This document shows positions 1-10,134 of a stretch of 64,000 bases of DNA, one piece after another. Location: the NCBI GenBank assembly GCA_038087875.1, contig CM075990.1, positions 2,482,001 to 2,546,000 of the forward strand, in the 5' to 3' direction. How positions within the stretch are numbered: position 1 is the first letter of the stretch; each line of letters opens with the position of its first letter. The stretch is from Malacoraja senta. Lineage: Eukaryota. The notes beneath the pieces are model-generated. The model ran no database searches and was not told the DNA's origin. It saw only the letters and a list, made by a program, of their open reading frames with translations. The position numbers and the translations under genes are program-made.

Positions 1-296
1 TCAATGTGATCATGGCTGATCATCCACAATCAGTACCCCGTTCCTGCCTTCTCCCCATATAACCTGAATCCGCAATCTTTAAGAGCCCTGTCTAGCTCTC
101 TCTTGAAAGTATCCAGAGAACCTGCCTCCACCGCCCTCTGAGGCAGAGAATTCCACAGACTCACAACTCTCTGTGTGAAAAAGTGTTTCCTCATCTCCGT
201 CCTAAATGACTTACCCCTTATTCTTAAACTGTGGCCCCTGGTTCTGGATTCCCCCAACATCGGGAACATGTTTCCTGCCTCTAGCGTGTCCAAACC
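1..296 (-). mobile_element. CR1-clade LINE 3' fragment (RT C-terminus and 3' UTR)
   Basis: ORF 30..356(-) reads GESRTRGHSLRI...FFTQRVVSLWNSLP, the typical CR1 ORF2 C-terminus. Confidence 0.9.
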
Positions 297-590
297 TCTG
301 TTTAAGAATAAGAAGTAAGCCATTTGGAACGGAGACGAGGAAACACTTTTTCTCACAGAGAGTGGTGAGTCTGTGGAATTCTCTGCCTCAGAGGGAGGTG
401 GAGGCAGGTTCTCTGGATGCTTTCAAGAGAGAACTAGATAGGGCTCTTAAAAATAGCAGAGTCAGGGGATATGGGGAAAAGGCAGGAACGGGGTACTGAT
501 TGGCGATGATCAGCCATAATCACATTGAATGGCGGTGCTGGCTCGAAGGGCCAAATGGCCTACTCCTGCACCTATTGTCTATTGTCTATT
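297..590 (+). mobile_element. CR1-clade LINE 3' fragment with (ATTGTCT)n tail
   Basis: KHFFSQRVVSLWNSLP...GEKAGTGY, 3' stem GGGCCAAATGGCCT and CTATTGTCTATTGTCT tail; joined head-to-head to 1-296. Confidence 0.9.
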
Positions 591-769
591 TTCTATCCTT
601 TTGTAAATCTGTATGTTATCTACATTGATCTCGCTTTCTTAACATTTGTTGTTACATCTCCAAATATTTCCTCTTTCTAAGTTCTTGCTGAGTTCACGTT
701 GAGAATGATGGTCATGTTTGACGCTACCTTTGGGACAAAATATTCTTACAATAAAAAGCATTTTACCGG

Positions 770-1160
770 GATGCATCACAGCACGGTTTGGTAGCAACTC
801 CATCTAAGACGGCAAGAAATTGCAGAGTGTTGCGGACGCAGCCCAGGCCATCTCGCAAACCAACCTCCCTTCCACTGAATCCTTTGACACCTCACGCTGC
901 CTCGGCAAGGCCAGCAGCATAATCAAGGACCAGTCGCACTCCCTCCACTCCCCTCTCCCATCAGGCAAGAGGTAAAGAAGCATGAGAACGCACACCTCCA
1001 GATTCAGGGACAGTTTCTTCCCAGCTTGGGAGTTATGCATCCCAGTTTATGCCCTTCATCCTGTATCTGTACCCTGTGGATGGCTTACTGTAAGTGTAAT
1101 AATTATGAAGAGACTTTCCGCTGACTGGATAGCACACAACAAATAAATTAAACTAAACTA
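770..1160 (+). mobile_element. Rex1/Babar-like LINE 3' fragment
   Basis: CCATCAGGCAAGAGGTA..AGCATGAGAACGCACACCTCCAGATTCAGGGACAGTTTCTTCCCAGC encodes the degenerate PSG.RY.S.RT.TSRFRDSFFP C-terminal motif; (AAACT)n tail. Confidence 0.7.
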
Positions 1161-1170
1161 ATCTATACTA

Positions 1171-1572
1171 TCATCGGCAGTTACTCGAAACGAGTATGAC
1201 TGTCCTCTCATGGAGGATGCCTGTGCGTGACTTTGTTTAACGTGGGGAGACTGGTGCACAGACAGCCACCCCACGGTCCTTGACAGATCTGGGTCAGGAT
1301 CCAGTGGCATGGAGTCCAAGATGACCGGAGACCCTTTTCTGCTGCAGCCTTCATCCGCCTTCCCAGCCGTCGTGACGCTCCACTAAGGTCAGCCATCGTC
1401 CTCCGCCTGTTCCACCGTTGAGGTCTTGGTTGGATTGCTCTTTGTCAGAGACCTCCCCCTCGACCTTACCGCCGTGGGTGGCCCTACCAGGAGCATAACT
1501 CCAGACGACATCGCTCTCAGGATCTCAGGTCCACACAAGCTTATCCGCCACGACAAGGTGACAATCCACGGA
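1171..1572 (-). mobile_element. RTE-derived non-autonomous element (RTE/BovB-like 5' UTR)
   Basis: Minus strand reads CACCTTGTCGTGG...GCTTGTGT...GGTAGGGCCACCCA...CTGACAAAGAGC, recognised by eye as RTE 5'-UTR-like; no ORF. Confidence 0.55.
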
Positions 1573-1929
1573 GAGACATCCTCCACATCATCCTGCAATG
1601 GTGTGACCAGTATTGCCTGCAATTCTCCAAATGCAGCCGAACCAAAGTCCTATCGAGCTGCCAATAGAGTTTAGTTTAGATAGAGACATAGCATGGAATC
1701 TTTATCTCTAACTGAACTAAACTAAACAATGTGCTTTTATAGAGTGACTATAAATAATGAATTGGTGAAGTAAATGTATTGTTGCTTGTAAGAAGTCTTG
1801 TAAAACAACATTTGTCACTTAGCTACTGAAGGAGATACAAAGGCAGATTGTTGGCCAGAGATGGTCAAAGAAGCATTTTTAAAGAGGTCAAAGAGGTTGT
1901 AGAAGACTGGGGCTTGGCAGACATACATT

Positions 1930-2346
1930 AGAGATACAACATGGAAACAGGCCCTTCAGCCCACCGAGTCCATGCTGGCCATCGATCACCAGTGCACACA
2001 AGTTCTCTGTTGCCTACTTTCTTATCCACTCCCTCCGCATTTGGGGGGGGGGGGAATTTTACAGAAGCCAATTACCTACAAACCTGACATGTTTGGGATG
2101 TGGGGGGAAACCGGAGCATCTGGAAAGAAACCCACATGGTCATAGGATGAACGTGCAAACTCCACACGTACAGCACCCAAGCTCCCCGGCGCTGGGAGGC
2201 AGCAGCTCCGCTTGTTGCACCTCTTATTGTCGGCAATGGTGAAGAGGCAGAATGATAGGCAAAGTAACGGCAGCGGGATGTAGTACTGGTGGAATTCACA
2301 GATTTAGGGAGAACTGAATCTCTACTGCTGCGCCACCGCGACGCCC
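1930..2346 (-). mobile_element. HE1-like V-SINE, interrupted
   Basis: Reverse complement of the SINE consensus seen throughout the window (CR1-shared tail GGAAACAGGCCCTTC, V-domain, tRNA-like head). Confidence 0.75.
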
Positions 2347-2607
2347 TTGGTTAAATCCTTGTGGTTTTTGGATAACTACAGTAGTGTGGCCAATGATATT
2401 GGGTGAAAGATAATTCAAACTCCTTCAGGACAGCGAAGTTTCAGAATGACAAATGTTCCTTTACATGGCTCTAAGGAAGAGATAGATAATCAGCTTAATA
2501 TTTAAGCTCAGGAATCATTGCATGCTGCATATATTGACCCCTGATTAAAAGCTATTTCATTAGATGCCATCAGCGAAGCCAGGGCCTCCATTAGTTATGC
2601 AGTCTTA
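2323..2607 (+). repeat. Local direct duplication, copy A (copy B at 4797-5090)
   Basis: GTTAAATCCTTGTGGTTTTTGGATAACTA...GCATATATTGACCCCTGATTAAAAGCTATTTCATTAGATGCCATCAGCGAAGCCAGGG is present at both places. Confidence 0.95.
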
Positions 2608-3218
2608 ACCCCCTGTCCCACATATGTGATTTTTTTCGGCGACTACAGGTGACTAGGCTGTCGCCACATGGTCGCGGGGTGACGCCTGTATGGTCGTGAG
2701 TAGTCTCCTCAAGTCGCCTAAAGAGTCGGAACGTTTTTCTGTTTGTCGCTGAATTTTGAAATGTTCAAAACATTTTGGCGACTGTGGGCTTGACGTAGCT
2801 TGTCTTCTCCTGACGTAGGTGCTGTCGTAGGTTGTCGCCAGGATGATGCAGGTTGTTGCCAGGTGACGTTGGTTGTCGCCGGGGCTGACTTCGGTGAATT
2901 CCATTGGCGACTACCTGCGTCAATCCATGTCAACCGGCGACAGGTACTGGCGACAGAATTGTCTTCAGTTGTTGCCTAAAGGGTCGTTGCTTGTCGTAGC
3001 TTGTCGCGGGTGGACGTAGGTTGACTTCGGTTGTCATACGTTGTCGCCTGTGTGGGTGAAGGTTGACGTCCTAATGGGTTGGCGGTTGTCGGTAGCTTGC
3101 TGTAGCTTAATATCGTCTAGGTGGTAGGTTGTAGGCTGTCGTAGCTTGTCGTAGACATTGTCATAGGGGGGGTCCAGTCGCCGCCTTTTTCCTAAATTGC
3201 CTAAGTGGGACTCTTTCC
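2608..3218. mobile_element. PIF/Harbinger-type MITE
   Basis: Left end ACCCCCTGTCCCAC, degenerate right end GTGGGAC; TTA at 2605-2607 and 3219-3221; empty site visible in the duplicate near 5074; many internal GTCG repeats. Confidence 0.8.
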
Positions 3219-3246
3219 TTACACATACAAACACATTTTAATTTAG

Positions 3247-4046
3247 ATAATAGACAATAGACAATAGGTGCAGGAGTAGGCCATTCGGCCCTTCGAGCCA
3301 GCACCGCCATTCAATGTGATCATGGCTGATCATCCCCAATCAGTACCCCGTTCCTGCCTTCTCCCCATATCCTCTGACTCTGCTATTTTTAAGAGCCCTA
3401 TCTATCTCTCTCTTGAAAGCATCCAGAGAACCTGCCTCCACCGCCCTCTGAGGCAGAGAATTCCACAGACTCACCACTCTCTGTGAGAAAAAGTGTTTCC
3501 TCGTCTCAGTTCTAAATGGCCTACTCCTTGTTCTTAAACTGTGGCCCCTGGTTCTGGACTCCCCCAACATCGGGAAGTTGAGGCCAGTTCATTGGCTATA
3601 TTTAAGAGGGAGTTAGATGTGGCCCTTGTGGCTAAGGGGATCAGGGGGTATGGAGAGAAGGCAGGTACGGGATACTGAGTTGGATGATCAGCCATGATCA
3701 TATTGAATGGCGGTGCAGGTTCGAAGGGCCGAATGGCCTACTCCTGCACCTATTTTCTATGTATCTATGTATCTATGTTTCCTGCCTCTAGCGTGTCCAA
3801 ACCCTTAACAATCTTATATGTTTCAATTAGATCCCCTCTCATCCTTCTAAACTCCAGAGTGTACAAGCCCAGCTGCTCCATCCTCTCAGCCATATGACAG
3901 TCCCGCCATACCAGGAATAAACCGTGTAAACCTCCGCTGCACTCCCTCAATAGCAAGAATGTCCTCCCTCAAATTAGGGGACCAAAACTGCACACAATAC
4001 TCCAGGTGTGGTCTCACTAGGGCCCTGTACAACTGCAGAAGGACAC
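3247..4046 (-). mobile_element. CR1 3' fragment, interrupted at 3577-3777 by another CR1
   Basis: ORFs 3340..3570(-) and 3765..3956(-) (LGLYTLEFRRMRGDLIETYKI); AGACAAT tail on plus strand. Confidence 0.9.
3577..3777 (+). mobile_element. CR1 3' fragment of a second subfamily, (CTATGTAT)n tail
   Basis: 3' UTR homologous to the other CR1 copies but with a different tail; splits host AACATCGGGAA|..TGTTTCCTGCC. Confidence 0.8.
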
Positions 4047-4524
4047 TACGTGACTACTTTTGGTCACAGAGTCATGTTGTGTGGAAACAGGCCCTTGTGC
4101 CCAACTTGCAAATGCTTGTTCAGGAGTCAATAAAGCACAAGGATGGAGATATGTAGAACTTGGTGACCGTTAGGAGCAGTAATTTGGATGATTGTGGGTG
4201 TAAAGAGAGAGGATTGAGGGTGACACATCAGCTGCTGTTTAGAGACAAAAGTGTGTGTGACCTGCAATAGTGTAATGGAGTGGTCAGGAGCCTCGCTCTG
4301 TTATAATTGTTTCATGATTTCAAACTGTTATGATAATGGTTTAAGCAGGAACGAATTACATTATCACTGTATTTGTCGGTGTGACATTAACAATTTTGCA
4401 TTTCATATGGGTCAATTGAGGATATCCAAATATTATATTTGAAGAATGAAGGGCACGGGTTATGTGCTTACGAACGAGAATTTGGTGCATTTTTATATTG
4501 CTTTGTGTCTCCAGTCTAGTTGAG

Positions 4525-4821
4525 TTTCATTTAGAGATACAGTGCGGATACAGGCCCTTCGGCCCAACGAGGCAGCACCGACCAGCGATCTCAAACACTA
4601 ACACTATCCTACACAGGGACACTTTTACATTGATACCAAGCCAATTAACCAACAAACCTGTACGTCTTTGGAGTGTTGGAGGAAACCGAAGATCTCAGAG
4701 AAAATCCATGCGGTCACGGGGAGAACATACAAACTCCGTACAGACAGCATCCGTAGTCAGGATCGAACCCGGGTCTCTGGCGATGTTAGGCAGTAATACT
4801 GCTGCGTCACCGTGCTGCCCT
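4525..4821 (-). mobile_element. HE1-like V-SINE
   Basis: B-box reverse complement GGATCGAACC, V-domain, CR1-type tail. Confidence 0.85.
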
Positions 4822-5090
4822 TAGTTAAATCCTTGTGGTTTTTGGATAACTAGTGTGGCCAACAATATTGAGTGAAAGATAATTAAAACTCCTTCAGGAC
4901 AGTGAGGTTTCAGAATGACAAATGTTCCTTTACATGGCTCTAAGGAAGAGATAGATAATCATCTTAATATCTGAATCTCAGGAATCATTGCATGCTGCAT
5001 ATATTGACCCCTGATTAAAAGCTATTTCATTAGATGCCATCAGCGAAGCCAGGGTCTCCATTAGATATGCCATCTTACACAAGTAAACAC
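4797..5090 (+). repeat. Local direct duplication, copy B (lacks the MITE)
   Basis: Matches 2323-2607 and continues TTACACAAGTAAACAC, like the sequence after the MITE (TTACACATACAAACAC). Confidence 0.95.
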
Positions 5091-5092
5091 TT

Positions 5093-5273
5093 TACTACAA
5101 ACCTGTACGTCTTTGGAGTGTGGGAGGAAACTGAAGATCTCGGAGAAAACCCACGCGGTCACGGGGAGAACGTACAAACTCCGTACAGACAGCACCCGGA
5201 GTCAGGATCGAACCCAGGTCTCTGACGCTGAAAGCGTTGTAAGGCAGCAACTCTACCGCTGCGCCACCGTGCT
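5093..5273 (-). mobile_element. HE1-like V-SINE, 5' half
   Basis: CTCTACCGCTGCGCCACCGTG (A-box reverse complement) and GGATCGAACC (B-box reverse complement). Confidence 0.85.
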
Positions 5274-5284
5274 GCAAACGTCAT

Positions 5285-5755
5285 TGAATTACAGAGTCGT
5301 ATAGCATGGAAACAGGCTCTTCTGCCCAACTTGCCTGCACCGACCAACATGTCCCATCTACACTAGTCCCACCTGTCTGCATTTGGCCCATATCCCTCTA
5401 AACCTGTTTTATCCATGTACCTGTCTAAATGTTTCTTAAACGTTGCGATGGTCCCTGCCTCAACTACCACGTCCGGCAATTGTTCCAAACACCCACCACC
5501 ATTTGTGCAAAAAAACGTACCCCTCAGATCCCTATTAAATCTTTTCCCCTTCACCTCTAGTTCTCAATTCCCTGACTCTGGGCGAGAGACTCTGTGCATC
5601 TACCCAATCTATTCCTCTCATGATTTTGTACACCTCTATAAGATCACCCCTCATCCTCCTGCGCTCCAAAGAGTAGAGTCCCAGCCGACTCAACTACTCC
5701 CTGTAGCCCAGACCCTCTAGTCCTGTCAACATCCTCGTAAATCTTCCACGCATCC
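5285..5755 (-). mobile_element. CR1 3' fragment (older subfamily)
   Basis: ORF 5363..5554(-) VVEAGTIATFKKHLDRYM; RFTRMLTGLEGLGYRE. Confidence 0.8.
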
Positions 5756-5792
5756 TTCCCAACTCGACAACTTTACTTTGGAGATGCAGCGT

Positions 5793-5985
5793 GGGATGTA
5801 TTTGAGTGCACAGGGAGGGGTAGCACCTCTGGTGGGGGACATGTCGCGCTCCTTTGAGGGTAGTTCGTTCTTCTTTGGTCCCCACCTGGCAGCTGGCACT
5901 CACCTGTGGCTCCAACAAGCTGGTAGCCAGCGACAGTGGCCACATCCTGGAAAATCTCTTTGGCTGCCGGGCTAAACCACGTGAG
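5793..5985 (+). ncRNA. Candidate HDV-like ribozyme (degenerate, extended L3)
   Basis: P1 GGGATGT(5793-99)/ACATCCT(5942-48) then GG; P2 CTCACCTGT(5899-5907)/ACCACGTGAG(5976-85); P3 GGC/GCC; L3 starts TCC; J4/2 CTAA; P4 poorly paired. Confidence 0.45.
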
Positions 5986-6170
5986 GGGTAGCTGACGGGT
6001 CTCAGACCCTCGCTTGGTCGAGGGACTCGCTCAGCCCAGCATGCGGAGTCTGTTCTGGTGGACTGGGAGGAGGAACTCCACTGGAGGGTTCAAAGGTGAG
6101 GAGGACGGCTCAGCAGCGCACTGTGGACTGTTAAGGGCAGATCAAAGCACGAAAGAAGACATGTCCATCT
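5793..6170 (+). mobile_element. RTE-like retroelement 5' UTR fragment
   Basis: Structured GC-rich block with no ORF, resembling RTE 5' UTRs; starts with an HDV-like fold; family assignment by eye only. Confidence 0.45.
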
Positions 6171-6672
6171 TCTTTACTTCTCTACATCGGCGAGACCAAG
6201 CGCAGGCTCGGCGATCGTTTTGCTAAACACCTCTGCTCAGTCTGTCTTAACCTACCTGATCTCCTGGTGCCTCAGCACTTCAACTCCCCCTCCCATTCCC
6301 AATCTGACCTTTCTGTCCTGGGCCTCCTCCATTGTCAGAGTGAGGCCCGGCACAAATTGGAGGAACAGCACCTCATATTTCACTTGGGTAGTTTACACCC
6401 CAGCGGTATGAACATGGACTTCTCTAACTTCAGATAGCCCTTGCTTTCTCTCTCCATCCCCTCCCCTTCCCAGTTCACCCACCAGTCTTACTGTCTCTGA
6501 CTACATTCTATCTTTGTCCCGGCCCCTCCCCTGACATCAGTCTGAAGAAGGGTCTCGACCCGAAACGTCGCCCATTCCTTCCCTCCAGAGATGCTGCCTC
6601 ACCCACTGAGTCACTCCAGCATTTTATGTCTACCTTTGATTTAATCCAGCATCTGCAGTTCTTTCTTACATA
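6171..6672 (+). mobile_element. Penelope-like element 3' part (GIY-YIG C-terminus plus pLTR)
   Basis: CTCTACATCGGCGAGACCAAGCGC encodes LYIGETKR; homologous to 47690-48140; pLTR contains CTGAAGAAGGGTCTCGACCCGAAACG. Confidence 0.85.
6540..6572 (+). ncRNA. Minimal hammerhead-like motif in PLE pLTR (representative of more than 10 copies)
   Basis: CUGAAGA-A-GGGUCUCGACCC-GAAACGUC: catalytic core boxes, stem II and palindromic ACGU in place of stem III. Confidence 0.65.
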
Positions 6673-6844
6673 AGACCGTCCACTGCAGCCCAGGGAGTTT
6701 CCAGCCATAACGTCTAACCGTGCCACTGGAACCAGCCTCTGCGTCCGAGAGGGTTGTGTTACTCGTGAGCAACAGCCTCTCTCTTCCACTCAGTGCTTTA
6801 TGTACAACCATGCTATCGTGCTTTACGAAGGGCCACCACCATAC

Positions 6845-7122
6845 CACTGCGTGGAAACAGACCCCTCGGTCCACCGAGTCCTCTCCAACCAGCGAGCGCA
6901 CGTACACTAGTTCTATCCGAAACGCCCGGAGCAATTTGCAGAATCCAATTAACCTACAAACCCGCACGTCTTTGGGATGTGGGAGGAAACCAGGGCACCC
7001 GGAGAAAACCCACGCGGTCACAGGGAGAACATGCAAATGCTGTACAGGCAGCACCCGTAGTCAGGATCAAACCCAGGTCTCTGGAGCTGTAAGGCAGCAA
7101 CTCTACCGCTGCGCCACTGTGC
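6845..7122 (-). mobile_element. HE1-like V-SINE
   Basis: Full-length match to the other copies, reverse orientation. Confidence 0.85.
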
Positions 7123-7309
7123 CGACCAACATTTTTCAGGAAACCTGTTTAGTGTCCGGGTAGCATCTGACCTTTCACCTGTGGTTTTCTATGACGTCCT
7201 GCCTGCTAATGGTTAACACACACTAGCAGAATGGAGAACACGAGGCCAGTTACTCACTCCAGATCCCTTTATAATCCACACGCTCAGCGCCACATTTCAA
7301 CCAGTGACC

Positions 7310-7697
7310 CGCGATGGCTCAGTGGTGCAGCGGTAGAGTTGCTGCCTTACCGCGCCAGAGACCCGGTTCAATCCTGACCACGGTTGCCGTCTGTAAGTTG
7401 TAAAATTGTCCTTAGTGTGTAGTTCAAGTTCAAGACTCCCAGTTCAAGAAAGGTCACCAACCTCCTGACTACGGGTGCTCCCTGTGCGGAGTTCGCATGT
7501 TCTCCCTGCGGCCGCGTGGATTTTCTCCGGTTTCCTCCCACACTCCAAACACGTGCGGGTTTCCAGGTCAATTGGCTTCGGCAAATTAAAAATTGTCCCT
7601 TGTATGTAGGATGGTGCTAGTGTACGGGGTGATCGCTGGTCGGTGTGGACTCAGTGGGCTGAAGGGCCTGTTTCTGCACTGTATCTCTAAAGTCTAA
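7310..7697 (+). mobile_element. HE1-like V-SINE, internally rearranged
   Basis: A-box GGTGCAGCGG, GGTTCAATCC, repeated CCTGACT/CACGG segment, tail GGGCCTGTTTC..TGTATCTCTAAA. Confidence 0.75.
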
Positions 7698-8039
7698 AGA
7701 TGTTGAACTCTGTGCAGTAGCTGCAGGAAAACTCCCCCAACGTCTACTGTTGATGGCCAGGAGTACAGAAGCACTTTGCAATGATTTAAACTTCGAATCT
7801 CACTGTAATGGGTTATAAAAATTAGACCATAAAACCAGGCTACTGCTGGAAGCTACACACAGCTGCTCCAAAGGATTATGTGATGCGCATTTTGTGTCAC
7901 ATACTAAGTGTATGAAAATGGATTAGATTACAATCCAGAAAAAATTGTTGCATTTTTGCCACCTGATAACAAAATACTTATGGCTGAGAGAAACTGTTTG
8001 CCTTTTCTTCATTCATGCATCTAAAATGACCAACTTCCC

Positions 8040-8915
8040 AGCTTTCTTCCCAGCTGTTATCAGGCAACTGAACCATCCTACCACAACCAGAGAGCAGTGC
8101 TGAACCACTATCTACCTCTTTGGTGACCCTCGGACTATCCTTGATCGGACTTTGCTGGCTTTACCTTGCACTAAACGTCATTCCCTTATCATGTATCTAT
8201 ACACCAGGGGCAGGCAACCTGCGGCCCCCGGGCCGAATGTGGCCCATAACCCGAAATCATCTGGACCGCAGGCGGATTTTTCCCCCCGTAATCAACCGGC
8301 CCGCTGAGCGCCCCGAGCAGCAGCGGCTGTGCGCCCTGAGGGCGGCCGAGCTCTGGCTGTGCCACATCCTGCGCAAAGCCGCCGGCACGGCCGCGCACCT
8401 TCTGTGAACACGTTTAAGAAAGAACTGCAGATGCTGGAAAAATCGAAGGCAGACGAAAATGCTGGAGAAACTCAGCGGGTGAGACATGCAAGGATTGCAT
8501 GCGGCTGCGTCACCCGCTGAGTTTCTCCAGCAATTTTTGTCTACCTTCTGTGAACACGTGATTTGATGCCTGCAATCCGAGGCGGGGTGGGGGCGGGATC
8601 CATGTGTACACGTGATAGATGTGGCCCGCCATCCACTCACAGACATGCGTGCCAGCCCCTACGCAGAACAAGGTTGCCCACCCCTGCTATACACTGTAAA
8701 TGGCTCGATTGTAATCACGCATTGTCTTCCCGCTGACTGGTTTGCACGCAACACTGTGTAGGAAGGAACTGGAGATGCTGGTCACAAAAAATAGACCCGA
8801 AACATCACCCATTCCTTCTCTCCAGAGATGCTGCCTGTCCCGCTGAGTTACTCCAGCTTTTTGTGTCTATCTAAAAGCTTTTCACTGTATCTCGGTACAA
8901 GTGACATTAAACTGA
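8040..8915 (+). mobile_element. Rex1/Babar-like 3' fragment hosting the hAT MITE and a PLE solo
   Basis: TTCTTCCCAGCTGTTATCAGGCAACTGAAC encodes FFPAVIRQLN; same 3' UTR as 62410-63160. Confidence 0.7.
8205..8686. mobile_element. hAT (Charlie-like) MITE
   Basis: TIRs CAGGGGCAGGCAACCT / AGGTTGCCCACCCCTG; 8-bp TSD CTATACAC at 8197-8204 and 8687-8694. Confidence 0.9.
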
Positions 8916-9234
8916 ATGAACTAAACGGAGTGATTCCTCCGCTTCCCATTCCAACTAATTGCTTCTTGAGTGATCCCAAGGTATTTGGAAAGTCCATGCG
9001 ACCTACCAGCCAAAATCCATGTTCACCAATTCATTTAACGAAATAGAACAAAGTCAAGTGCAAATGCGTAAAAAAAACCAGACAATAATGTCAAGAGGAT
9101 GTTATAGTGAAACACAAAGTGTTGGAGTAATTCAGCGGCTCAGGCAACACCTGCGGAGGGAGTGGACAGGTAATGTTTCGGGTTGGGATCCTTCCTCCAA
9201 AAACCCATGTGGTAACAGGTCTAACTGTTCAAGA

Positions 9235-9452
9235 TGGTAAATCTGTGGAATTCATGGCCAAGGAAGGCTGTGGTGGCCAAGTCAGTGGATATTTTTAAGG
9301 CAGAGATGGATAGATAGATTCTTGATTAGTACGGGTCTCGGGGGTTACGGGGAGAAGGCAGGAGAAAGGATTTGAGAGGGAGAGATAGATCAGCCATGAT
9401 TGAATGGCACAGTAGACTTGATGGGCCGAAGGGGCTAATTCTGCTCCTATCA
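9235..9452 (+). mobile_element. CR1 3' fragment
   Basis: TGGTAAATCTGTGGAATTC...GGGAGAAGGCAGGAG...GGGCCGAAGGGGCTAATTCTGCTCC. Confidence 0.75.
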
Positions 9453-9871
9453 CTAACAAATGTACTTACAGACAGTACCCGTAGTCAGGATGGGAGCTAG
9501 GTCTCTGGAGCTGTGAGGCAGCATCTCTACGCTGCGCCACCGTTCAACCCTACAATCCTACTCATTCCCATCTTATTCCCTCCCACAGCCCCAGCCAAGT
9601 TCTAACACTCACCCAAACACTCAAGGCGCAGAGGCCAAATAACATTTAATAGGAAGATTAAATGAGAACTTACCAGTTTGAAGTTTGATCTTTATTTTAT
9701 GAGGAGTTACGATGAGGGATTACGTGAAGAAGCCCACCAGCCCGCATGCGCGTCAACCTTCAAAACAGCGGTGTGAAATCACAGATAACAGTTGTTGAAC
9801 TGAATATAGCAAGATTCGAGAAATTAGAACTACCAGCTGACCTTTATGAGAAGAGGGTTGGGAGCGGACGG

Positions 9872-9983
9872 CACGTAATCCCTCATCGTAACTCCTCATA
9901 AAATAAAGATCAAACTTCAAACTGGTAAGTTCTCTTTAATCTTCCTATTTTACTTCGGAGTCACGTGAGTGACTTCGTGAAGA
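9872..9983 (-). repeat. Internal complementary region (ICR) of DIRS-A
   Basis: Reverse complement of the terminus at 9648-9725 joined to the reverse complement of the terminus at 14401-14437, through CTATTTTACTTC. Confidence 0.95.
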
Positions 9984-10134
9984 TTTCAAAGCTCTGTGAT
10001 TTTATGCCGTGAACACGAGTCCATGCAACACACTGCATCAGCTGACCAAAGATGAGTGAAAAAATAACAATGCATTCAGAGATGACATAGATTTAAAACA
10101 TGCTGATGCTAATAATAAGCAAATAATAAGCAAA

